Below, in pieces: positions 27,061-39,100 of a stretch of 64,000 nucleotides of DNA. Both the position numbers and the translations under genes were made by a program. The notes beneath the pieces are model-generated. The model searched no databases. It worked only from the letters and a program-made list of their open reading frames with translations, and was not told the DNA's origin. Positions within the stretch are counted from its first letter, which is position 1. Each line of letters starts with the position of its first letter. This DNA is from Octopus bimaculoides (lineage: Eukaryota), in the NCBI RefSeq assembly GCF_001194135.2, contig NC_068984.1, positions 101,784,247 to 101,848,246 of the forward strand, given 5' to 3'.

Positions 27061-27800
27061 CTAACATGCTAACGTTCTTGAGTTAAAATAACTATATAAC
27101 CTGTAATTTGTTACTTTCTCTAATAACTTTTCAAATCATATCCCTTTAACTCATTTGTTACCAACCCGGCTGAAACCGGCTCTGGCTCTGTTGTACAAAT
27201 GTCTTGTTTTCTTAAGGTTTTAATTAATATCTTCCACCAAACTTTAGTCACAATTTATGTTCCTAACACTAGCTGAATGATAACTAATTTATTTTACTAA
27301 ATTCTTTGTTATATTCAAAGTAACTGAAAGAAACACAGAGCATCTCAAAATAAATACAGTAACGAAAGGGTTAAATACTTGACATAATTCTCATGTGTTT
27401 CTATCATTCTTTGCTTCACTACTGTTCTTTGCTGATATTTTGATTTTCTTGTGGCGAAGCCAGCCACTTATTTGACCACTTCCAGCTGTAGATTATATAA
27501 AGAACCCCTTTGCACATGGTTTCTCTCAAACCTTCACACTTTGCCCTGCTATTGTACACCATCATATCATGACGTGAAATGTCCGACCACTGAGCTAAGA
27601 AACTTCTCTAGTTTTTAATCGTTCATCATTCTTGCCAATGTACTTGAGTTAAAATAACTTCATAACCTGTAATTTGTTACTTTCTCTAATAACTTCTAGA
27701 ATTGTACCCCTTTAAACACTTGACATAATTCTCATGTGTTTTTATCATTCTTTGCAACTATTTCGATTTTCTTGTGGCAAAGCTAGCCATTTCTTCCATT
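27061..27800 (+). repeat. Local duplication of ~170 bp; the first copy is interrupted by a MITE
   Basis: cttgagttaaaataact...ctgtaatttgttactttctctaataac...cttgacataattctcatgtgttt occurs at ~27077-27470 and ~27643-27790. Confidence 0.8.
27150..27370. mobile_element. TTAA-flanked MITE (second family)
   Basis: TTAA-CTCATTTGTTAC...GTAACGAAAGGG-TTAA; the empty site is visible in the adjacent duplicate near 27711. Confidence 0.8.
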
Positions 27801-28171
27801 TCTTGTTCATGATGTGACACCCTTTCCCACTCCCACCACCAATACCAGAAATCCCTTCTCCTGTACCAGTAATCTCTTCCCTTATACCGAAAACTCCCAC
27901 AGAGCTCTGCCTCACTTCTGCACGAGAAGACCTACATACTGCCACCCCTCCTACTTCCCCTCACTCCTCCCTTTATCTATCTGTGTAAATATATATAATG
28001 GACTAACCCAATCAAATAGCAGCCTATTTACTTACTTATTTAATTTAACATTAGCATATTCATATCAATATTTGCAACTACAGTAACGCATATATTTACA
28101 ATGCTTACATTACTCTCACACCCAGTAAGAGCAGCAGTTTTAACAGGTCTGAATGATGATGGGTTAAAAGC

Positions 28172-30540
28172 ATGAACAACTATTGTGACATGTCTGTTCT
28201 CAAACGATCGTGGAAACTTTCTTTTCAGGCACTGAATAACATCTCCCCTTCCCATGTTCCCTCTCAGATCCTGTTCCCAGTTTTCAGAGTTGTCACTGTA
28301 AATGTAGGCACATTGAAATGTAGGTCTAACGAGATTGTAGAGATGCTTGAATGGAAGCATGTTGATGTATGTTGCATCCAAGAGGTAAAGTGGAGAGAGG
28401 AGCTTCAACCAGGTTCCTCACAGGCAAGACACATAGGTATAGAATCTTCTGGGAAGGTAACAGTGACGGAGTAGGTGGGGTGGGTATACTTCTTGCAGAG
28501 AAATAGGTGGATAAGTTCATAGAGGTAGTCAGAGTGTGTGATAGAGTACAAGGCTAGTCTTGCAGAATAGTATAGCTATAATTACATCTGCCTAGGCCCC
28601 ACAAGCAGGCCTACCAAATGAACAGAAGGGCCACTTTTATGATATTCTTCTGCAGGCTACTTCAAAGACGAGTGACAATGATCTCATCTTCGTGGCTGGA
28701 GATTTCAATGAGTATGTTGGACGGCAGCCTGGTATCTTCCATGGTGTTCATGGGGCCATGAAATTGGTTCCCCAAATGAAGAGGAAGCATGGCTATTGGA
28801 GTTCTGTGATCCAAATAACCTTTGGATCTGCAACACCAACTTCAGGAAGCCAGCCAGCCACCTACAAATCAGATGACTGTGTTAGCCAGATTGATTCCAT
28901 TCTCACCAGACAGCAGGATGCATGATTAAATACAAAGACCCTCCCTGGTGAAGAATGTACCCCCCACCAGCATAAACTAGTCATTAGTGACTTTAGACTC
29001 GAGGCCAGAAGGATGCCAAGAAGCAGACCAATCTGGAAAAGAAGGATTTAGAAGCTTAAGGAGCCTTCATGTTGTTACAGATCTAGGGACATCCTAATTG
29101 AGAAATTTGATGAGAGGGAGGAGGAGCTACAAACTTGTGACATATAGGGCAACTGGGAATTCCTGTGAGACAGCTTGCTGAGTGCCACAGACCAAATCTG
29201 TAGCTGGTGCAAAGTCTCTTCCAGAACCAGGGTAACATGGTTGTGGAATACTGTAGATAGGACCATTAGAGCAAACAAACAAGCCGGGAAGAGTGAGGGT
29301 AGCAGCGAATTGTATCAGATAGCCAGAAAGGAAGCTAGAAGACAGGTATATCTAGCCAAGGGAGAAGCAGAAAAGAAGTTTACCTATGTTCAGTGTTATG
29401 AAAACCAAAGAACTGAAGTATTTCAGATTGCAAGACTGAGTGAGAGAAAATTGTGATGTCATAGGAGAGAAATGTGTCTGCATGGATGATGGTGCACTTG
29501 CTTTTAATGAGTCTGAAAAGAAAGAGGCTAGGAAATGCCATTATGAAAGACTGCTGAATGTGGAGAATGATTAGGAGGAGGAGAGTCTGCCAAATGTTGA
29601 CCCAATTGAGGGACCAGCTACTAGAATTGACAGTACCCTGGTAGATAAAGCAATTAAGGATACAAAGACAGGGAAAGCACCCAGCCCATCAAGAATCACC
29701 ACCGAGATTCTTAAAATACTTGGCGGTGTGGGTTGTGGTCTAGTCACCCATATTGTAAATCAGGTGGTTCATGAAGTAGTCATACCCAATGACTAGTGTA
29801 GTAGTAAACTGCTACAAAGGTAAAGGTGATGCTTAAGATAGAAATAATTACAGAGGTATCAAATTGTTGGATCAAGTGATAAAAGTTACGGAGAGTCACA
29901 GCCCAACTAATTAGAGAGAGAATTAGTCTAGATGAGACGCAGGTAGAAGCACCACTGATACTATATTTCTGGTAAGCCAACTGCAGGAGAAATACCTAAA
30001 GATAAACCTCTATACTTGGCTTTTGTTGACTTGGAGAAAGCTTTTAACAGAGTCTCCCAGTCCCTTATCTTGGTGGTCAATGTGGAAACTAGGGATAGAC
30101 GAGTAGTTGGTGAGAGCCATACAAGCCTTATACAGGGATGCTACCAGTAAAGTGAGGGTTGGCAACAAGTACAGCGAAGAATTCAGGGTACAAGTAAGGG
30201 TTCACCAAGGATCAGTGCTCAGACCCCAGTTGTTCATCATAGTCCTCCAGGCAATAACAGAAGAATTCAACACAGGCTGCCCCTGGGAGCTCTTCTATGC
30301 TGATGACCTTGCTCTTGTAGGTGAATCATTACCCGAACAAAAGAAGTTATAGGTATGGAAGCAAGGTCTACAATCAAAGGGCCTTTAAGTTAAGCTAGCA
30401 AAAACCAAAGTCATGGTAAGTAGGAAGGCAGACAAATCACAAATCCCTTCACATAGATGGTCCTGCTCAATCTGTAGAAAAGGTGTAGGTAGAAACTCCA
30501 TAAGATGCACCCAGTGTAAGCTTTGGACACATAAAACGAG
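28172..30540 (+). mobile_element. RTE-clade LINE (endonuclease + RT 5' part), 3'-truncated, degenerate
   Basis: TVNVGTL...VDVCCIQEVKW and AGDFN (APE endonuclease), FVDLEKAF, VHQGSVLRPQLF and LFYADDL. Many stops and frameshifts. Same family as 11846-13475. Confidence 0.9.
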
Positions 30541-30747
30541 CTATATGACATGTGACGACAATTCACTCCCCAACTGAAATAGGCTCCCAACTTCTGTATC
30601 ATGAATGGTTATGTAGACCACTGCCAATGAAAGCGGGAGCTTCCTTCAAACCACTACATAAAGAGTATTAGTAAAATAAATGTGATTTAGATATACTTTT
30701 ATTTTAGTTGTTTACACTGTTTTACGCTTGTTTATACTCTTATACAT

Positions 30748-30990
30748 TCAAAGTTCACAAATTTCCTCATTTAAATTATGAATCATATTCCTTTCAATAA
30801 AATCCATAGAATTACAAAGCTTCTTTGTAGATGATATTTTTTGTTTGGTTGACGAGTCCATTGTTCTACTCATAGCGACGTACAACTGGCCATGTATAAA
30901 CATCAGAATGGGTAAAAATATACATACATGATCTAAAGTCTGGCCCTGTGGCTGTGAATGCGCAAGTGGAATCATTAGGGATCTGCCCAT
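30748..30990 (-). mobile_element. Helitron helicase relic
   Basis: SQPQGQTLDHVCIFLPILMFIHGQLYVAMSR resembles Pif1/Helitron helicase motifs V-VI (KSQGQTL...HGQLYVALSR). Confidence 0.75.
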
Positions 30991-31167
30991 CTATGATAGG
31001 AAATAAAGGGATAGTATCTAAACCCTCTAAATTCATGAACTATATAGAGTGGGGGTGTGATCCAGAGTCAATCATTGTCACTAGAATTTTAACAGAAAAA
31101 AAAATCAAAGGTAATTTATTAATACAAAACTCAATATCCAGTAAATTATCACATTTTTCACATTTTT

Positions 31168-31537
31168 TCTGCTAAAAACCTCCCTAATCCTGAAAAACAT
31201 TGTGACCATTGGTCCAGCCATTTGACCATGAAAAATGAACAGATGAAAAGGGAACAGACGGACATAATGCCCATTATAGTAAGAAGTTGACTTATTTTCT
31301 TTTGCTTCTTTTATTAGTTATCTTCCCCCGTAATTTTTATTTACTTTTTACGCCAGTAAACCAAACAATTACCCTCAATATCCACTAAATAATCATACTT
31401 TTTCTCATTTTTTTTGCTAAAAACCTTTCTGATTACCTCCTTTGTAATCCAAAAAAACATCATGACCATTGGTCCAGTCATTTGACCATGAAGAGGGAAC
31501 AGACAGAAAGAGGGACATAACACCCATTATAGTAAGA
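31168..31537 (+). repeat. Two diverged copies of a ~120-bp unit
   Basis: gctaaaaacct...tgaccattggtccag-catttgaccatgaa...ggacataa-cccattatagtaaga at 31168-31286 and 31412-31537. Confidence 0.7.
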
Positions 31538-33335
31538 TTATATATAAAAGAAGATAAATAGTAAAAAGAATGATTAGAAGAGTGACTAATACAGTTTTAA
31601 CTTCAATTAAAACCACCATGAACAACCATGATAAAAAGGAACAGTAAATTTTTTTTTAAATATAAAACAAAAAGTTAAGAGTAAACTTTACTAAATATCC
31701 TTTAAGAGTAAAATGAATGAATTTAAATACAAATGAAAATAAAGTTTACAAAATAAAGACACAATGAACTTGAATTTTCAGTTTCAGTTTTCAAAGCATC
31801 TCATGAAAAGAATATGTTTTGGAAATTTTTTCTTTTTTATTATCTTTAATCATTTTAGTGGATAAGAGAAAGATGAAAAATATTCTATTTCTTTTATTTT
31901 TTAAAAATAAATTTTACCTTTTTTTTTTGTTTAAACTATCGATACAAAACTATTTCCTGAAGCAAAATGGAGAGAGAGAGAGAGAGGGGGGAGGGAGAGA
32001 GAGAGAGTGGAAAGGAGTTGGTGAGAGGTCTACTGGAAATACTCAAGTATAACAAGAATAGGAATCTACAATGAAATGAATTCTATTTGAATGAGGATAT
32101 GACAGAACTACATCCTGAGATTGAGCATTATGAAGAATGTGTAGAAGCATCATAAGAGATGGATGCAGGTGAGGAAAAAGATAAAAATTCAATGAAAATG
32201 TAAAGGAAAAACAAAAAGTTAGAAGGGTGGCAGAAAATGATGAGCAGCAAGCAATATTCATCAAACAACAGCACAAGACAATGCCTGCTGAGATATTGAT
32301 GAAATTAGCAGAGAGACACCTCTCTGCAGACATATGTACACAGCATGTCACAAATATGGCAGATTTTACAGAATGACTAAGAGCTAAATATTACAAGAAT
32401 GCATCAGTTCCATTTATCCTATTTTTGTTTGGTTTCACAGATACTCAGGAAGGAAACACACAGTATAATGAAGTGGGTACATAACTATTCTTGCTTTTCC
32501 TGATCTATATGATACAAAAATTTAAATTCTGTTTGTATGTGTGTTCCTTGATTATAGACTAAACACTACACTGAAAATAAAATGTTTCAACCTATATATT
32601 CAAAGATGTAAGCCTTTGTACTTGATTAACTTTCAAAAACATCTGACCTCTAGATGCCTCAAAACAAGAATTTTGCTTCTTATTATTTCAACATGCTACA
32701 AAAAGTTGTTGCCAATTCTACATAGAAAACAAAGAGTATATGCATGCAACAAACACACGCACGTATGTATGCATGCATGTATATGAAAAGATGTTTATTC
32801 TGTTTATTTTGGCATTAAATTCATTATCATTTCTGTTACAAAAATCTTATGGCTACATGTTAGCGTCTGCAACTGTAAGAGATAATAATCCAGGACGTAA
32901 TAACATTTTCAGCTGACACAGGAATAGAACTTGGCCAATAAAAAGTATTCATATTTGAATGTTGAACATGGAAAGTCAGTCTCCCAAATCCAAACCTGAA
33001 TATCAATGGTCTCTCAATCTCTTGGAACAAAAAATGCTTCAACTACCTAGGCATTGATGAAAATATACAAAAGTTACTGTGAATAAAAATATTAGATAAC
33101 AGGACCTGCAGGTTCAAGATATGACCCATACATTGAGTCCAGAGAGGGATTTTTAAAGCTGACTTATAGAAAATACAGGTTCCAAATGTTCAGAAAAACA
33201 GATACCCTATCTGATACCATAGCACAACTATCCAAGGGTTTACATATTGTCAAGGAGGTTTCCAAATTTTTATAACTGAAATGTTAAAATAGTACCTACT
33301 TATTTGAATATTTCAGCTGTTTGCTCCTTTTGCAT

Positions 33336-33713
33336 GGAGACGCAATGGCCCAGTGGTTAGGGCAGCGGACTCACGGTCATAGGATCGCGGTTTCGATTCC
33401 CAGACCGGGTGTTGTGAGTGTTTACTGAGCGAAAACACCTAAAGCTCCACAAAGATCCGGCAGGAGATGGTGGCAAACCCTGCTGTACTCTTCCACCACA
33501 ACTTTCTCTCACTCTTTCTTCCTGTATCTGTTGTACCTGTAATTCAAAGGGTCAGCCTTGTCACACTGTGTCACGTTGAATATCCCCGAGAACTACGTTA
33601 AGGGTACACGTGCCTGTGTAGTGCTCAGCCACTTGCACATTAATTTCACGAGCAGGCTGTTCCGTTGATCGGATCAACTGGAACCCCCGACGTCGTAAGC
33701 GATGGAGTGCCAA
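33336..33713 (+). mobile_element. tRNA-derived SINE, well preserved
   Basis: A box TGGCCCAGTGG, B box GTTTCGATTCC, and a body shared with decayed copies at ~22260-22465 (-), ~43884-44190 (+) and ~23060-23225 (-). Confidence 0.8.
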
Positions 33714-34231
33714 NNNNNNNNNNNNNNNNNNNNNNNNNNNNNNNNNNNNNNNNNNNNNNNNNNNNNNNNNNNNNNNNNNNNNNNNNNNNNNNNNNNNNNN
33801 NNNNNNNNNNNNNNNNNNNNNNNNNNNNNNNNNNNNNNNNNNNNNNNNNNNNNNNNNNNNNNNNNNNNNNNNNNNNNNNNNNNNNNNNNNNNNNNNNNNN
33901 NNNNNNNNNNNNNNNNNNNNNNNNNNNNNNNNNNNNNNNNNNNNNNNNNNNNNNNNNNNNNNNNNNNNNNNNNNNNNNNNNNNNNNNNNNNNNNNNNNNN
34001 NNNNNNNNNNNNNNNNNNNNNNNNNNNNNNNNNNNNNNNNNNNNNNNNNNNNNNNNNNNAGGGAGAGAGAATCCAAGAGTAAGTTATGTTTGCTTTTAAA
34101 ATAGATATCAGAAACTTCTGTGTGTATAATCTACAATAGATTAGCAATTGCCAAGAAATGGAGATTAATTGATAATACTAACTGATCCTACAAATCTTTG
34201 AAGGGGAAATGAAAAGATTAAATCATTTTAA

Positions 34232-34451
34232 TCTTTTAGCATTTAAACCAGCCAAATTTAGCCCAAATATTCTACTGGTTTTATGTTCAAACCAGCCAGA
34301 TCTGGCCTCTCACACCTACCCTACAATTTCAAACTAAAAATAAACAATTACTACATCGAAAGTTTGAAGTTATGAGGTAATACATGATTAATTCAAAACA
34401 ATGTGAATAAATAAGCATTACAGTTGAAAAAGTAAACTGAATGCTAAAGGA
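34232..34451. mobile_element. TTAA-flanked MITE, same family as 10607-10809
   Basis: TTAA flanks, TIR (T)CTTTTAGCATT...AATGCTAAAGGA, shared internal sequence. Confidence 0.7.
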
Positions 34452-35629
34452 TTAATGTCAAAAATGTTCAGAGTAATAAATATGAATGATTATATAACCA
34501 TTTATAAATGCTTAAGAACATGCATTATGAAGATTTTCTTTGTGCAAATGTGTTTGTATGAGCCTGTATGTATATATTTCTTTATTGCCCACAAGGGGCT
34601 AAACATAGAGGGGACAAACAAGGACAGACTAAGGAATTAAGNNNNNNNNNNACCTCGGTGGAATTTGAACTAAGAATGTAACGGCAGACGAAATACCGCT
34701 AAGCATTTCGCCTGGCGTGCTAAGGATTCTGCCAGCTCGCCGCCATCTGAGCTTGTATGTATAAGCTTGACAATGTTTGCATGTTTGAGGTGAAGACAAT
34801 GGTTAGTATTCTGTCATTTGCATGATTATCTCAAAGGTTGAGATGCAGAATTCTCTTTGGTTCAGTCCATTTATTTGTAAATAGGTATCACACAGACATA
34901 GTACATAATTATAACTAGCAGCAACAGTGTTTAATTAATAAATATTTCATTAACTTACAATGCTGAGTTCAAGTTTACTGCAAGGTTTGAACCATGACAG
35001 AAGTACAGTTCTGATTAACCAATCCTTTTATCATTATCACTCTAAGCTGCAGACCAAATTACTTTTGACCATGAAGGATTTGTAAAAGTAAGATGTCTTG
35101 GAGTTCAGGCATGTGTATATAAACTGGGGATCTTGTGGCTAAGCCTATAATTATAACTAGAGCATTAAAAAAAAATGCCTGTTGGAATCCAAATAACAAG
35201 ATTAAGGAGAATCCTTTTAATCTCTTAATTGAATCCTTCTAAATCTCATTAGTTTGGTGGAAGTTCTGAAAATAAGACCCATTATAAACTTACTTAAATA
35301 GTAGACTTTCATATCATACGACTTGCCAATGTCGCCACCATCATCATTGAAATCAGTGACTGACTGGAATGGTAGAATCCCACTGTTAATTTCTAAAAAT
35401 ATTTAGTTTCATTCCTATACAATCTTGCCAGAGTTGATAAAATTAATACCAGGTATGTATAGATGTAAGCATATTTCATTATACAAATAATAACCAAAAG
35501 ATATCATTACCATAACAGTAGTCATATTACTGTTTTATTTTTGTATAATTCTATTTAAGATACACTCTGTGCCTATTTGTGCTACATTTTTTACATCCTT
35601 ACATCCTTGGATCTTGGGTTGTTAACTTT

Positions 35630-36100
35630 TAGTTGTTTCTCCACCCCAACCTCAATCTAAATGAGCCCATAAGCATTCATTTTTTTTCAGTTCCAAAACT
35701 GGGTACAGACATGGTTGTGAGGTTAAAGTGGAGATTGTACCATGGTTCCTGGTACAATCTCACTTTGTGGCATTTTAGGCAATCATCTTCTGCATACAGC
35801 CCTAAGTCTATGAAAAAAAAAAAAGCTTTGATTGATATTTTGTGAAAGGAAACTGTATGAAAGCCCATCAGAGTCCATTCCTATTTTGGGACAGCAGACT
35901 GAATCTGTCACCTTGTTTAATATCACCACTTGGTTCATGGGGAAGGTGGGGGGATGTTTCATAAAGTTCATTCAGATTAGATTTCTGCTCTAAGGATAAT
36001 TCTTTCCTGCCTGTTTTGGAGGCCCAAAAGAAATATGGACGTTGCACTTCTGTGATAATATCAAATAAAAAATTCTTTTGCATCTGTCGAAAACTTCCTA
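35630..36100 (-). mobile_element. Ancient LINE RT relic
   Basis: SGDIKQGDRFSLL followed by LGLYAEDD resemble the GxxQGD and YADD motifs, in the correct order. Confidence 0.45.
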
Positions 36101-39100
36101 CAATTTAGATTGATCATTAATGACACCAACCATGTCCAGCTTACCTGAATAGTGGGGGTAGCACAGAGGTACAGAAAGGCTATAAAGCACTGGCATTCAT
36201 CCTCACATTATGAGGTCAATTGTAAAAGGATTGTGGTGTACACAGTGTCAGCTGAGATTTAACCTCATCTTGCTTCCTCCGTCTTCCTCTACCATAGGTC
36301 CCCATAGTGTTAAAACTTACAAACCACTTCCTGGTTGGCACTAGGAAGGACATCCAACCATAGAAACCATGTCAGAACAGACAATGGAGCCTGGTGTGGC
36401 CCCTGGTCTTACCAGCTCTGGTTGAACTGCCCAACCCATACCAGCATGGAAAATGGATGTTGAATGATGATAATAATAATTTAAACAGTATTCTTTTGTT
36501 TCTTAAGGAAAATTCAGACTTTTTATATCTGTATATAAAAGAAAAAGGGATGCCTCCTTCACTTCTGACTTATTTTCTTTCATTATTTATACATATATAA
36601 AGGTGACAAGCTGGCAGAATCATTAGCATACTGGGCAAAATGCTCAGAGGCATTCTGTCCATCTTCATATTCTGAGTTCAAATTCTGCTGGCATTAGTTT
36701 AGCTTTCCATCATTTCAGGATTGATAAAATAAGTACCAGTTAAGTACTGGGGTTGATGTAATCAACTAGCACCTCTCCATAAAATTTAAGCAGAAAGAAT
36801 TATTTATACATACACACATGTATACATTCATATATGTTCTCTACCAGTTATTACATAGTCATAAAAAAAATTTACAGTGTTCATGATAGTAAACATGTTT
36901 ATATTTAAACAAGCTATTTAAAATAGCCACGAAAAGAGGAAAATATACTTTTTAAAGCAGAAAAAAAGAAAGATCAAATAGCGTGACTAACATTCCAAAG
37001 TAGATTACTTCTGGATAATTAGGTCTAAATCAAACCAAAAAAAAAAAAAAACATCTTTGTTGTTGTTGTCGTCGTCATAGTAGTAGCTTTGTTTTTTTCA
37101 TGACCCCTGCTCGAGCTACTTTTAATTATTTCCATCATTAAGAAAGGATAGATTATCACTAATCTTAAAGGTTTTTGCAAATATCTGTAAAGCTATTTTG
37201 ACAATTAGCAATGGATTATCAGATTAAATCCCCCAATAGCCAATCAGCTGAACTCATACGAAACGAGAAGCTAAGGTACATCATAGCTTTACAGTGTTTA
37301 TGTGTGGAAGGGGGGGGGGAGGAGAGAACATAGTTGTATCTCATGTGTGTATGTGTGCATGTGCATGGCTATTTATCTGTCCAGCAAATAGTGTGCATTT
37401 ATGCTAGCTTGCACACGTGATTATGTGGATACTAATTAAGGGAAATTACCTAGGGACGCCATCCATATGAAACAATAACAGACTGAAACTTCAGATTAAC
37501 TTATTATTAATCCTCGAGCTAATGTTTTCATCTGCTTGTGACAAGAGTTAATTCTAGTTTTATTTACAATTTCAGAATCGCCTCCCCAACCACTCTTTCC
37601 ACGATTAGACTTAACGTTAGTCAATGAGCTTATGTTTCTCACTCCTAATTGCAATTTTGTTTTTGTTCACTAAATATTAAATACATCAGCACTCAATAAG
37701 TAATGATGTTTGCTTGTGAATGAAAAGATGTTTACTGTTTGTTTTTCCAACTTGCATGGATTGGGCAGGCTTGCCCTTTTTGAGGTAGTAATTTATCACT
37801 GGATGCTTTTCCTATTGCCAAACCTTACCTGTTTTTCAAGTATGTTATTTAAAACTGAAAGCATGCAATCACCATTCTAGATAAGAATTAGTTAGTTTAT
37901 TTTAGGGAGAATAGATTGCAGCAGGGAACATAACAATTAACAGTTAATATTAGTTGTGCTGGCAAAGCGGCAAGTTGGCAGAATCATTAGCATGCTGGGA
38001 AAAATGCTTAGCAGCATTTTGTGCGTCTTAATATTCTGAGTTCAAATTCTGCTAAGGTTGACTTTGCCTTTCATCCTTTTGGGGCCGATAAAATAAGTAC
38101 CAGTTAAGTACTGGGGTCGATGTAATTGACTAGTCCCCTCCCACAAACTTGCTGACTTTGTGCCAGCATAGAGTGATGTCTGAAACACTGGAATAATTGA
38201 AGTTTGTGCAATTTTATGCTAATCTTGTTCACTTGAAAACCTCTCTCGTGCTCAAATTTTCTATTCTTTGTGAATCAGATTAAGTCTACAGATTCATGTA
38301 ACAACTTGAAGTTTGCATTTAATGGGATTTAATTCCCCACAATACATTGGCTTTTATGTTTACTAACAGATTCAAGTCAGACCTGATATTTACAAATGCA
38401 GGTTAATGCATTATTCTTTTATTCTCTAATTTCATTTACATACTTGCAAATGGTTTCTTTCTATTCTGTCATGTGTATGATTAAGCAAAAGACTAACATT
38501 TTCAAAATTCTTTTAAATAATATTTATTCAATATTTTTCTGCAAGGTCACAGCTGGTTCCTGAGTGAAAATAAATTTTTCTTTTAATTAATTTATGCTGG
38601 AAGTTTTCTATTAACGATCAATGGAAAGAAGTTACTTTTTGTTTTGCTTTTAATTTCCTAATAGCAAAGTAATTTCTCTGGACAATACTGTTTTTGAGCC
38701 TTATGACTCATAGGGTCAGTTACCCAATTTCTAAGGTATATAAGTGAGTGAGATCACAATATTTCCCTTGAATGGGATGTCGGTCCATCACAGAGTTACT
38801 CATTTACAGCTGAGTGGAGTGGAGCAATGTGGAATGAAGTTATTGCCCAAAAACACAATGTACCACTGGTCTAGGAACAGAAACCATGATCTTGTGATCA
38901 TGAGTGCAACATTCTAACCTCTAGGCCACAAACCTTCGCAATTTCCTAATAAAATGTACCAAATTCATACAGCATGAGACTCCCCAATATTTCAAGACTA
39001 AATTCATAGCTGCTTCCTTAAGTAGACAAGCAGATTATTAGCTATTCACTATAATAATTTTGACACTTTTTTTGGATACTTGGCTTTGGGTTAGAGCAGC

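Noticed and set aside
33336-33410. tRNA-like sequences as tRNA genes (also 50611-50682)
   Set aside because: No complete cloverleaf or acceptor stem, and they continue into repeat bodies, so they are SINE heads.
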